Positions 24,351 to 37,879 of a stretch of DNA of 64,000 nucleotides are shown one piece after another. This DNA comes from the human T2T-CHM13v2.0 reference genome, Homo sapiens. The translations under genes and the position numbers were made by a program. The stretch is from NCBI RefSeq assembly GCF_009914755.1, contig NC_060933.1, one strand, 5' to 3'. Positions within the stretch are counted from its first letter, which is position 1. The number at the start of each line of letters is the position of its first letter. The notes below the pieces were generated by a model. The model worked only from the letters and a program-made list of their open reading frames with translations. It was not told the DNA's origin and ran no database searches.

Positions 24351-25771
24351 CCTAATATGTTAGACATTATTATAGTTATGAACTATTATATCCAAGATCA
24401 CTTGGGAGGGGAGTTGTTTTTAAAGAAACTGCTTGATATATAGGAGTTACCTTAAGTACAAATCAGTAACAAATCCATTTACATCTTTTGAATTGGGTTT
24501 GCATGTAAAGTATGGCAGATATTTGTCTTCAGTGTCATTTTTATCTTAATTCCCATTTTAGACAATATTTCAACATCTCTATACAATTCAGATGTTTTGA
24601 AAAGATCTAATTGCTTTTTAGTTTTGCTAAACCAACCATTTATCACTGCTTTTGATTTCCCACCTTTGAGGTTACAGTTGTGGCTTTTTAATATGTTTCT
24701 GTCTGAGCTTTTCCCTTATAAATCTCTTGGGCAGCTTTTAAATTGTCCCTCATATACACGCCCAGGCTTAGAGAAACTTCCATGTGTTGAGCTTAGAAGA
24801 ACATTTACAGAACCTCAACTTTCACACAGTAAATGGGGAATCAGGCTTTCTTCCTTCTAAATATCCTTTTTGAGACTACTATAACCACAGTAAAAGAGGC
24901 CTCTCACTTGTGGTTTCAAATTCTGTCTTGAATGTCCCTATTCTTCAATGAAAGTATCTGCTGTCTTCAATGAAGTTTCAGAGATCCCATCATTAATTTC
25001 TCAAGGTTAAAGGTTGATTTTCTTCAGATGCTACAAAATGTACACATGTACTCAGGAATATGGTATACTGCTTACCCATTATTTTTTAGTCCTTCAAACC
25101 AACAGCATTTAACTAATGTGCCATGCACCATAATATTGGACCCATACGATGAATAAAACTCTTTTCTTGGACCTTACCAAGCTATGACTCCATTATTAAA
25201 ATCTACTCATTTTGGAGAAGTTTAAACTAGCAAAACGCCCTCTATGCATTTATGTTTTCTCAGCCGTGTATTCAGCCACATCATTTTTCCAGCTGCCCTG
25301 ACTTAATTTATACTAATGTGAATAATTTAAGCAAAAGCCTCTTTCACAGAACTTAAGTCTTATGCTGCAGATTTTAAGAAAGAAAAAGTTGAAAATAGTG
25401 GAAGTACATATTGGTGGGATTCTCCCCAAAGCCCGTAGGTTCTTGTTCAATGGTGTTTTTGAAAGAGGTTCAAGCAAATATTTATTTTCTCTAATCAAGT
25501 TGTCTATTCCTGTGAATATTCCTTTTTTTTTTTTTTTTTTTTACTTTTTAGCAACCACACACATCATAACATGGGAGAATTTCTTTTGTGAAAACACCCA
25601 GAGGAGTTTTAAAGAATGGTTTAATTAGAGTTGTTGATGCCCATTCATAATTAGTATCTGTTAGAAAGATAAGCCTTAGGGAAAGGTTAGATTCTGAACA
25701 GAATAAAATATGCAACATAGGGACTCTGAGGGAAAATTTTTAAAAGGAAAGAGGTGGATACTTATTCTTAC

Positions 25772-25947
25772 CCTTGATCTTTCTTCTAGTTTTGTCATCA
25801 TGACAACTGTGGCACTCCGTTGTTCCCATATCATTCTCCAAAAGTCCCCAAATGTTTCGGGGAGAGATCCCTGTGTTGCAATATAGGCATTTTGCTTCCT
25901 ATACCCATCTATGTAGTTGGCATTCACATAGTCACTTCCTGGGATCC
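25772..25947 (-). CDS. PTPRD: PTPRD coding exon, 176 nt, phase 1 to 0: (G)[58 protein letters not shown]
   Basis: Acceptor gttttccag|GG at 25949-25948; donor AGG|gtaaga at 25771-25770; PTP motifs DYxNA, IAxQG and FWRMxWEQ; phase fits the previous exon. Confidence 0.96.
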
Positions 25948-26649
25948 CTGGAAAACAAGGAGTGTTATTCAACCAGGTGAGCACATCACAAGAGGAAACA
26001 GCCTGGGACATGACCTAATGGCAGTGCTATCTTACTGTTCCACCTCACACTAGAGAAGTCACAATATATTGAAGGTCGGGTTTCAAGCAAGATTAAAAAC
26101 AGGTCCTATTAGAACCGTCATGTTAAAAAAAAGTATGCAAAAAAGTGTCAGGTCTTTATAATACGACAAAGAAAAAATACAATAGATGGTCCATAGAATG
26201 CCTTTTCCTTCACTGGTTGTTGGTTTTCTCTGTTGCACTGGCAAAAAAAATAGTTTCCAAAGAACAATAAACAATCTGGTAACATTCCTCACCCATGTGC
26301 TTCCCAGGCAAAAACTAGATAAAAGAATGCCTGAGTCTGAAAATACAAAATAGAGTGGAACACACCATAATAATGAAAAATTCTTTGTAGATTTAGTTAA
26401 CAGGAAACTCATATATAAACTCATTTAATATTTACAACAACTCTGCAGTAAGTCCTGTTATGAGTCCTGTCAGGAGAAAACTGAGGTGCAAAGAAGTTAA
26501 AGAAACTTGAGCAAGTTGCTCAAGTTGGTGGAATCAGGTTTAATCCTAGGCTACTCGTATGTGTCTTGACCTCTGTAAAGTATTGCTTCTCATTTAAAAC
26601 TCGTGATTTGTTGTAAGCAGCACATGAACCTCCTGGATTAGGACAGCTG

Positions 26650-27150
26650 CCCCCTAATTGGATGTCCATCTTCTACTTTTGTCCTCTCCAGTTTGTTCTC
26701 CATCTAACATGAGAGCAGTTTTAAGAAATTTATTTCAGACACTGTAACTTCTTCAAACCCAACAATGGCTTCCCCTTATACTTCAAATAAAATCCAAACT
26801 CTGAACATCGCTTACAAAGCTCTGCAACTTCCCAAACTCATCTCATTCCACTCACCTCCTTGCCTTTAAAACTCTAGACACTGGTCTGCTTCAATTATTA
26901 GAAAACATTTATTTCCCTCCTTAGCTCAATCCACATCCTAGAATATACTCTGTCTCCTTCCCATCATAAAACACCCAGCCGCCATCCCAGAAGGCCTGCC
27001 CTGGAGTACCCTGAGACATCAGAACTCCCTTGACAGCCCTTTATACTACTGATTAAGGTTGTAATTATATATTTACTTGTCTGTTAAGTTGCTTTATTGC
27101 CTATTTTGACCATGTCTCTTTTATTCACCTTTGCTACCCTAATGACAAAA
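26650..27150 (+). mobile_element. L2 LINE 3' fragment
   Basis: aatggcttccccttatacttcaaataaaatccaaactc...tacaaagctctgca is typical of L2 3' regions; boundaries approximate. Confidence 0.55.
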
Positions 27151-28640
27151 GAGTAAATAATTTTCCCCAGTTCCAACATGTAATCAGTAGCAGAGATGTA
27201 ATTTAATGTAGATATTGTGATTTAAAGCCTAGTTTTCCATCAGCACATGCCTTTAAGAGAGACAGAGGCAAATTTGAGCTTCTTCCAAGAAGAGGAGCCA
27301 CAGTGATTAAGGGAATGAAAGCTACTCCATAAGAGAAAGAATGCATATTATAGCCTAGCAAAGGAAATGGTAGGAATTGGGATAAGAGCTGCCTGTGAGA
27401 AGAAGAGAGGTTTAGATTTACTCTGTTGAGTTCCAAGTTTTAAATTCTGAAAGATTTAACTACAGAAACATGAATTTCATCTCAAATACAATAAAGCATT
27501 TTCAAATGGTCAGAATCAAAAAGGGAGTTAAGTTTCCTTGGAAGGTCATGAGTTGGCTATCTGTAGGGGAGAACAAGCACTTTATAGGAATGTCAGCATG
27601 ATATGGGAAGGTACACTAGAACTTGTGCATGATCCCTTCTACCCTGGGAAATATGAATCTTGGAATTACGGGGTAACCATTTTTTTTTTCTTTATAATGA
27701 AACATATGTTCCCAAGCTCAAATTGTTATATTTCACTGATTGCCACTTGCAATGACTTTGACTGCTTTTCTGATTCCGGTTGTAAAGTTGATCCTCTCAA
27801 GAAAGGTAATGAAAATCAGATGGAAACTACTGCACTCTGAGATGAACACACGGATATGGAATACCACCAGCATTAGTTGAAAAGCCTTTTGAGCAAAACT
27901 TGAAATGCATGGTTGGCTGTAACATTATTCATCTATTACAGCTACTCAAGAAGCAGTTGGGGTTTTGGCAGCTCTTTGTTGATAAAGATCCTATTCCTCC
28001 CCAACACCAGATTACTGTAGATTCAAATGACGGTTTAAATAAAATTCTCAGGTTACAAACACTGGGACGTGCACACATCTTACATATCCATAGGATTTGG
28101 TTCTGAGTCAAGAATGAATCCATCTAACAGGAAAAACCTACTTTCAAAACTTTAATTTAGCAGTTAGCAACATTAAAGAATTGATAAAAAGGATTCTGGC
28201 TAAGGGCCTCACTCAGCTGCCAATATACAGAAAACTTTTTTCTAAGAAAACTCAGAATGGAGAAATCTGGGCTAAATGACTCAGAAGATTCATCACCTGG
28301 GCCCTGTGCCACCTCCCCCCTTATCAAGGAAAGCAAATGTGTCTGAACAATGCATCTGAGGATGGAGGAGATGCACAGGAGAATCATTCCTAAAGACAGG
28401 GAATCAGACCCATCCAACCCTCTTTGGGTAAAAATGTTAATCAGTTATTATGTAATGAATTGGGGTTTTTTGCATACTGCCCAAGTTTGAATAATAAATT
28501 CTTTTTGTTTAACAAGGAGGGGGTAGGCTGCTACTGAATAATGATTGCACTTCCCAGGATAAGAATACAAAAATGTTGCCTGAAGACTACTAGGCACCAG
28601 GAATCAATACTATCACTAAATGCTTTAAGAATTTAGGAAT

Positions 28641-29080
28641 TGGGCAAAGTGTAGTAATTCATGCCTATAATCCCAACATTTTGAGAGGCTGAGGCAGGAG
28701 GATCACTTGAGCCCAGGAGTCTGAGCCAGTCTGAGCAACATGGTGAGACCCTGTCTCTACAAAAAAATAAAAATAAAAAATTAGGCTGGCATGGTGGCTC
28801 ATGCCTGTAATTCCGACACTTTGGGGAGGCTGAGGCAGGAAGATTTATTGAGAATAGCACATGACAAGTCTGGGCAACATGGCAAAGAGACCCTGTCTCT
28901 ACAAAACACTAAAAACTTGGCTGGATATGGTCATGCACGCCTGTAGTCCCAGCTACCTGGGAGCCTGAGGTAGGAGGATCATTTGAGTCCAGGAAGTCAA
29001 GGCTGCAGTGAGCCATAATTGCACCACCACACTTCATTCCTGGGCGACAGAGCAAGACTCTGTCTCAATAAAAGATAAAT
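28641..29080 (+). mobile_element. AluJ-like element with an extra left monomer (left-left-right)
   Basis: Left monomer 28641-28780 ending in an A-rich linker, a second left monomer from about 28784, then a right monomer ending agcaagactctgtctcaataaaa. Confidence 0.85.
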
Positions 29081-32000
29081 AATTAATATTCTGAAAAATA
29101 CGTAATTGAAAACAAAATGGAATACCTGGTAGAGCAAATTATTAAGCCAATGCTTTATGTCCTGAAAATAATGCTAAGATTCCTCTTATAGTTTGATACC
29201 TATTTGTAAGAAGGTAGTACATGGAATGAAAGCCTCCTTCTGGCAAATCTCTTTACGCGCTCTGGTGAAAAGACATTTCAGGTAAGTTCTCTCTCACAGA
29301 TCCTCTGCAAATGTGGAGATAAGAGAGATGGCTATGTTCTCCAGAAGCTCTAAGATCTAATGAGTCCTGTATTCATAAAACCCAATATAACACACTGTGC
29401 AGAAAGATGAAGGAGAAAAAATTTTAGAAAGGATGGTGGTGTGTCCTAAAAATATTAACCCCAGATTGGAAGCTAAAGTTAATCAGCAGTCCATTTCAAG
29501 TAGATGAGACTCTGGTTTTTAATGTGACATATTTAGAAAGACTTTTCAACCAACACTGTGAAAATAAACAATATGCTGCTTTCCAAATGTTTTGGTGCCA
29601 TGAAATGCTTCTTCAGTAGTTCTTGATTAGGATGTTTCTGCTGGGAGGCTGGATCTAACATTCTTCCACTTTTTGGGGGGTGACTTTCTCTAAGTAGTGC
29701 ATATTTATTTAATTTTCAATTCCCTGCCTTTTCCAAAAAATGATTTGCTTCTGCTAATGCAACATTAATCAGAGTGCACTTCTAATCCAAGAGAAGTGTG
29801 TGAGAATTAACTTAATTCCTTTGGGGTTATGAAGGATGGAAATGTAACTTGAAATGTAGTACTGAAAGAGTATAGAATTACTATAAATTAGGTGATTGCT
29901 TTTCATTCTTGGAGTCAAGGAGACCTTCCTCCAATACTAGAATAACAGTGCTTGATTTGTTTTTTGGGTTTCCTGTTTGTTTGTTTTTTGGTTGGCGAAG
30001 GAGCTATTAAAACAGGAGGAACATGACAAAGATGTTTGCCTTCTGCTCCTCATAAGCAAAATTTTAGAACACATTGGCCCTGCTGCAGGAACTCTCTTGG
30101 AGTCAGTTGGTCTTAGTGTCTTTGTTCAAGAACAGCTTACCTCTAAGACTGGTTCTTTCCTAGGAGTCCATGGCTCTACTGCATTTATAAAACTGAGTGG
30201 GTTTTCATGATTTCTCATGCATTGTTTCATGTGCATTCTCTAATTAATAACAGTGATGTCAATAGTTGTAACCCCATAAATAATTGTTTAGCCTTCTAAT
30301 CTTACACATGAGAAACCTAAGGCTAGACCCTCTAACTTCATATTATACCAATATGCTCCATTCCTGGGTTAAAGTGTATTTCCTCAGTTAATGAACTGTT
30401 CTTTCTTGTGGCATTTAAAAATATTACTTACATGCTTTATACTGGGTCTTTGTGTTCTGGGCTAACTAAACCTGGCTGTTAATGCAAGCCTGTAAAGCCG
30501 ACAGAGATTGTGATGAGGTGAATGATTGGTAGAGCTGTGCTTCTGTTGTTTTTCATGCACAACAAGCCATAGCAAACAGCTATTTGAACAGAATTAGGCA
30601 CGTTTTAGGCTCTCATTTTATTTGCTGTTGATTGCTAGTTACAGTTTTCAGTGGAAAAATGAGCCTGGATACAGACTTTGAATAATGGGGTCATGTGGAT
30701 TTTTTAAAACCACCAAGAAGAAAAAAAAAAGCAAACAAACACCCAACTTGCTATGGATTTGATTTTTGGGGCCAGAAGATAATTCGATTTGAAAAGATGT
30801 CTCTTGTTGAAGGGGTGTTTACAATGATGAGGGGTTTATAATAAAGCCTTAAGTCCTGATATTAAGTGAAAAAGCAGGATGCAAAATAATACATGAATTA
30901 TTTTGTGAAATCAAGTAATCCTAAGGGGAAGGATCATAATTTTGCATCACATTACACTGTAGGTAAAGTCACGTGTGCATTTTAAAGTCTTGGGACAATA
31001 GCAAGCACTTGCTAAGAATTTAGAGAAACTGACCAGGAAACCTGGACTCCTGTCTAGGGCTGCTGGTAGTTTACTCTGTGATCTTTGGCCAGTTACTCAA
31101 CTTGCCCAGAACTGTAATTGTTTATTTGCTAAACAAGATGTGTTGGACAAACTGATGCCCTCCAGTTCTTTTGAGTTCTAAAATAAGGTGTCTGTCTGTG
31201 CTATTCTTAACCTTCTTGGACTCAGACATCTCTGTGAAGTTATTTTAAGATAAATAGAGGCTTTGTGTCTCTCAGATTAGGTAGGAACGCACTCTGATGC
31301 TCTTTCAAGCTGATTCCTATTGCTTCTACCTTTGATGTGCTGAGATGAGATTTTTCACTGAGGCTGCTACTTCACATCTTGATTGGAACCTGATGGGGCA
31401 AAAAATAAACAAAAAGCAAGAGGAAGTAGTGGTACTAGGTGGTCTGTCCATGGAAAGAAGCTCTCCTTGGACTTTAGCGGGTGATAATAACTAAGAGGCA
31501 GTCTTGGAGGGAAGGCAGAATCCCACCGTGGCTCCAGTGGATGCGGCTGCACTACAGAGATGGAGATGGATGTTCAGCTGAGCGTCTTACCCTGCTCCAA
31601 CTCACAATTTGGCTTCAAATCCCAGGTACTTTTATTTTCTTTAAGTTCTATAAATCCCTAATGAAGTAAGGACTGTGTCAAAAAGAAATTGCTTTTTGGC
31701 AAACAAGTTTGTTCTTTGTTGTAAGACAGAAGTACTCAAGACCCGACAGAGCACAAAAGCTACCTTTCATTTGTTAATGTCCCCTCCTCTACTCCAACGC
31801 ACAAACGAAAAAGCATAACACTATATTGCTGTTAATATAGGTTAAGACCTAGATTGCAATTTTACAACAATGTGGCAAAAATGTTTACTTTGCAGTCTCC
31901 AGAAAAACTAGAAAACAGGAAATAGGAAAGCAAAATCTAATAAACATTTACAAGCAAATTGATTAAATTCTAAAGGACACAGGCCTTTCCCCCGACCCTT

Positions 32001-34704
32001 CACCTGTTCAATGACAGCCACACGTGGCTGCATCAGACCTGGTGACATGAAGGATTCTTTCTGCAACATACCAAATAAAGCAAACATTTATTGCAAAGAC
32101 ACAGTCTATTGTTTGCCAGGGTATCCCCTGGTATAGCTGCAGTCTTTCCAAGTTTCTACAAAACACATAGAATTTTTTTTTTTAAAAGCATGCCTGTTCT
32201 GTGGGCATCGTAGCTCAACCCCACAGTGAGCTAATGGAGAAACAGATGATATTCAGAGTATTTGAACCCAACCTGCAACTCCTCATTAATGTATGTCTTC
32301 CTCTACTTGATTTTCCATACCCCCACACTGCTGAGGAGGCTGAGTTTTGAGAATGGACACAGGAAAGTAGACGGCTGATTGAACTATCTTTGAATACATT
32401 GCAAGATCAGCAACATGAGTTGGGGAATTACCAGCACCTGTGATAGAGGGGCGTGCTTTTTGGTTAGACAGCAACTTGCCTTAAAATACAGTAGACCTTA
32501 GGCCACTGAAGCTTAACTTTCAGCCACATCATGGAGTTGTGGTCCAATTAGCTTTATACTAATAAGGAGGCAATTATTATAGAGGTTCATCAAGCAATGA
32601 AGTAGTCAACAATCAAGCATGAGACATGACTACAGAAGCTCTATGTGTAGGAAACACTCAGATGCTCAGTCTCCTCATCACTAATATGAATATCATAATC
32701 AAAAAGTCCTGGAACCAACACCTCTGTGAGAATTAAATGAATCAATACATCTGAAATTTCCAAAATGTCATATGGATTTTAGTTACTATTATGATTGACG
32801 TAAAAATGGAAAAAGTCTGCTTATTCTTAATGCCCTCCTGATAAAAAGTAATTCCAAATCTGGAAGGCCCCTTTCTAGCTTCTACTTTAAGAAAAACTAT
32901 CAGACAGGATAAAAATAATTCTTTTACAATTTCCCAGCAATCTGCTACCTGTATCTATATTCTAAAAACAGAACCATAGATGATGTAGGTTTATCTACGG
33001 CCTCAGAGTAATGAAGTGTAGATTCATTAGAGTAAGCTGCATAGATGTACAATTAAAAAAAACAAAAAAGCTCCAATGAACTGAAGACAATAGAGATAAA
33101 AATAAACTCACTCCCAGAGCTTTCTGATTTTACTCTTCGATTAGCTTTCTGAGAACAAGAGTAAAGCAAAAAACAACACAGCCAGCCAGCCCTTAAAAAT
33201 GCTTTTTCTCTTTTCCGGGTAAGAAACATCAGCAGGTATAGTCTAAGGTAGGAGCTAGGGAATAACAGATATAACAGCACTTGCTTGGCTACATGTAAGA
33301 GAAAGATGCCATTTACACAGCTCTAATTAGACAGCTCTTAGAAAGACTGCAAGCAACCTGTGAAACTGCTCCAGGTTTCCCAGGCTAAGTGCTATCTACC
33401 TTTCTATTTAAAAGAAATTAAGCTATAAAAATTTGTCTATTCACTGCTACTCAAAAAAAGGAAGTGCTTTTATGTATTTTTTTAAAAAGTACCACGAAAT
33501 AAAATGATTAAACTTCATCACAGTTGCAAACGATTAACTTGAAAATAGAAAAACTGAAAATGCTGCAGAAACCATGTTATCAGCCTAAATCAATGATTTA
33601 TGCTCTGAAGAGTGTGAGAAAAATGAACTCAACAAATAATTGGACAGGATTTATTGTTTTTAAATGAGTTTTTTAAGGGATGGGATATACATTCTAACAA
33701 ATTTCCTTTAGTACCTTAAATAGAATTTCAAGAGCAAGGTAAAACAAACATGAGGTGCCAACAAACTATTCACTAGTGACTGGGAAAGAGAGGGAGAGAA
33801 ATCCGGAGGGAGAAAAAGGGATCATATTTATTGAGGTAATATGGGAAGGAGCACACAGCAACTATCAAAGGACTTCTTTATTGGGTGAAATAATTGTAAT
33901 TGTTTTGATGTTAGAACTTCACATGGAACATTTATATTCACTATAACTAACATTCCATTAGAAAATGTTGGATAGACTGTATTAACATATTTTCCTAGGT
34001 TTTTTTGGTTTTGTTTTACTTATTGAAAATACATCCAGTTACCAGATATGCCCCTTGCCCAAAAAAAGAAAAGAAAAAGATATTTTACAGCATGGGTACA
34101 ATGTGAAATTGGAGAATACGTTAGCATGTGCTCACAGCTGTTTCAAATGAATTGCTATAGACTTACCCACAGAACACTCTGCAGAAGAGAGGCTAAGACA
34201 CAACTGAAACCTAGAGCACTAGTGTGGTGGCAAATGGTGGATAACATTACAGAAGGAATAGCAGTAGTTTCTTGTCTTTATTTATTTATTTTTAACTGGA
34301 TTTATCTTAGAGGTGGTGATTCCATGTGAGCAGCTTTCTCATCTTAAAGGTGCTAAATTGCCCATCTCACAAATAATCAAGTTATTGTAACATCATCTAT
34401 ATTATTTATGCTTGGATTTTTTTGAATTGCTCCTGTTTTGCAAATCAAACAGCAGATGATATATATTTGAATTTCCATTTAAAAGAATAGATTCTTGCCC
34501 CTGTTGAAATCTGTAATGCTCTTATGGGTCTGGTTTCCATTTATCAAGCACCAGTGTTTTCTTTTGCATTACAGAGTACTTCAAATATATGCAGCTTTCT
34601 CATTTGGATATTAGTTTTTCCATAGATCACATATCAAAGAAATTTTGTCTGCACTTAAAAGGGCCTATCTGTAGTAGTAATAAAATGCATAACACTAAAG
34701 ATAA

Positions 34705-34880
34705 TCTTAACAATTCCCAATATTTATTATGTATTTTCTTGGTGCCAGGCACTCTTCTAGGTGCTTTACATATGTTAGTTTATTTAATCCTCCTAGTAAT
34801 TGTAGGAAGTAGGTACTATTAATAATCCCATTATACAGATGAGGAAAGCAAGGCTCAGCAACTTGTCCGAGCAAGCTCTG
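34705..34880 (-). mobile_element. MIR SINE
   Basis: gtgccaggcactcttctaggtgctttacat...atcccattatacagatgaggaaagcaaggctcag. Confidence 0.75.
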
Positions 34881-35052
34881 CAGAAGCAAGCAGAGCTTCG
34901 GATGCGTTATCAGGAAAGAGGTTCCTGAGCAGCATATAGGCCCTCCTAAGAAGGTACTTACTTTTACTTATTAAAGAGATGAAGTGAATAAATATATTTA
35001 TGTTTTGGAACTTTAAATATATGACCCTTTCTGTAAGAAAAAAATAACACAC

Positions 35053-35448
35053 TGCTCTGATCAGAATGTGTTCCCGTAAATTCATATGTTAAACCTAATC
35101 ACCACTGTGATAGTACTGAGAGGTGAGGTCTTAGGAAATGCTTAAGTCATCAGGGCAGAGCCCTCATGGGTGGGATTAGGATCCTTATAAAAAAGCTTGA
35201 AAGATTAAGTTTGCCCTTTTTCTATCGTTTTGGCCATGTAAGGACACAGCATTCTTTCCCTCAGGGGATGCAGCAAAACAGAGCACCATCTTGGAAGTGG
35301 ACAGACTGGGCCCTCACCAGAAAGCAAGGCTGCTGGCACCTTGATCTTAGACTTCCCAGACTCTAGAACTACGAGGAATAAATTTGTATGGTTTATAAAT
35401 TACCCAGTCTGTGGTATTTTGTTATAGCAGCACAAATGGACTAAGACA
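35053..35448 (+). mobile_element. ERVL-MaLR solo LTR (MST family, MSTC/MSTD-like)
   Basis: TG...CA termini; gagccctcatgggtgggattagg, ccatcttggaag, cttgatcttagacttcccag and ttataaattacccagtctgtggtattttgttatagcagcacaaatggactaagaca. Confidence 0.85.
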
Positions 35449-37582
35449 TGGATCCCTATTTTACTAAGCTTTTTAAAAAAAATCAGATTAATAAGCACTA
35501 GTGTTAAAGAATGCATATTACATACTAGGTTTATTCTTCATCACTTCTAACCCTCTCATGGATAAAACCATTTAAATCTGTTTTGGTGAGAGTCACATAG
35601 TAGCCAATAATCCTATTTAGAATAAGCCCACTAAGCTTTTTTTTTTTTTTTTTCCTTGAAGAAGCTAATCATCTCATACTGTCTAAGATTTAATATTTAT
35701 TTGCCTACTTATCTTTTGATCTCAGGATTTAGAATCAATGTTCAGAATTCTGGAGATGGTAGAGATGGTCTTACACATCCTTGTTTTATAAGAAAACAAC
35801 GAAAGACTCTAAGTCATAGGTTCTTCCTAAACTGGAGAATGGGCTTGCAAAGAGATTGTATATGCATGAACTTTCTGAAATTAGTGTACAAATAAAGTAT
35901 GTAAGTGCTCTATGTTTTCAAGTGGGGTTTAAATGTTCGTGAAATTATCAAAAGGATCCAGCTTCCCCAAAGAGTGAATGTTAACTGCATTAAGTGAAAT
36001 GCTCAAGGTCACATTGTTGTTTAAACTGAAATTTAGTTTTCAGTTTTCTGTCTCTTTATTCAGTATATTTCCCAATATACCTTAAAACGTGAGATTAAAC
36101 AAACAAAAAAACACACCTGAAAATCATTTCTGTGTCATTTATTCTTTGGAAAAATTCATTTTGACTTGGAGTCTAAGAACACAACTGAAGATCTCTAGTT
36201 CTAAGATTTCTATCCTAAGTGTTTCAAAATGTGTATTTGAAAATTCTTACACAATCTTCCCAGCCAAAAAGGCATCAGTTTTGAATTAGGTTTGATGTAC
36301 ACAGGCAGGGCTATTATGATTTCAAAAGCCGCTCTGGGCCTGCGTAGACTAATGGGAAGAACAGCTGCCTTGAGACTGACATATATTAGTATTTTGAATT
36401 TGTCACTTATTAGCTATTGATCATACTTAAGTTTGCTGACTTTTTAAATGCTTCCATTTCCTCATCTGTAAATTCAGATCATGACAACTAGCTTTTGGGG
36501 TTGGGCCTCCATAACATGGTGCTCGGCATGTAATAGATAACCAGATAATCATATCTATTATAATGTCTTGTCTTTGTTGTTGAATTGAAAAGCAGAATTT
36601 TAATTTTGCTTTATATTTAGACTTGGCTAACACTTTTCTAAAAATCCATGTCAATAGGGCTTTTAAAACAAAATGTTAATTATAATCCTACTAATGGAAA
36701 CAGTACTGGCAGCAGTGAAGATTAATTATACTTTAGAACAACAACCTCTTTTTTATCCACAACTGCAATAATTAATTTTTGCTAATTAGAAGGCATTATA
36801 ATAAATAACCTGCCACTAATTGATACCCCTTGGTCAACAAGAAATTAAAGATACATACAACAATATTTAAGGTAAGCAGATCACCTGTATTATCATTAGG
36901 TTTACATGTACTTGACATTTGTTCTGCAATCTTATGACTCTGGTCCACCTGAATGATGCATTTGATGATTCCCATATTGTGTCCTTGCCTCAGGTTAGTC
37001 ATGCCATAAAATAGGAAATGAGATAGGAAATAGGAAATGAAGTTCTAAAACCTAATATTTATGTTATCCATAAGGCTAATGCCAAAAGATAAAATAGATT
37101 TTTAGGCAAAAAGATAAGACTGAGCTTTTCCACCCATGCTAAGTGACTTCAGACACTGTCACATCCTGCACCGGTAGGAAAGTGTTATGAGTGATGTGGG
37201 AAAGTGGAAGACCCAGACCAGGAATCAGAAGAGCTGGATTCTAGCAAGTTATATTATTTATATTCTGTGTGACTGTGTGACTCTGGGCCAATCCTGTCTG
37301 AGCTTCAGTTTTCTCATCTATAAATGTGAATACCTATATATCTAGTAAAATACTCACACTGCCGCTTCACTAGACTGTTGTGTACAGCCAATAAAACAAC
37401 GGATAAGGAAACTACATAGAGATAACTCTTAGAAGTCAGAAATGAAAGAGATTACCACTAAGAAAACTGATATTCAGAGAAGTCAAGGTCACCTAGCTAG
37501 TTAGTGACCCAACCTCAGATTTCCTTGTTCTTCATCTTTTGGTTTGTCCATTTTCTTTTCCTCATAAAAACATACTTTCTGA

Positions 37583-37879
<297 letters not shown>

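Noticed and set aside
29279-29287. Perfect plus-strand donor CAG|GTAAGT suggesting an antisense exon
   Set aside because: An isolated motif with no supporting exon chain or promoter; expected occasionally by chance.
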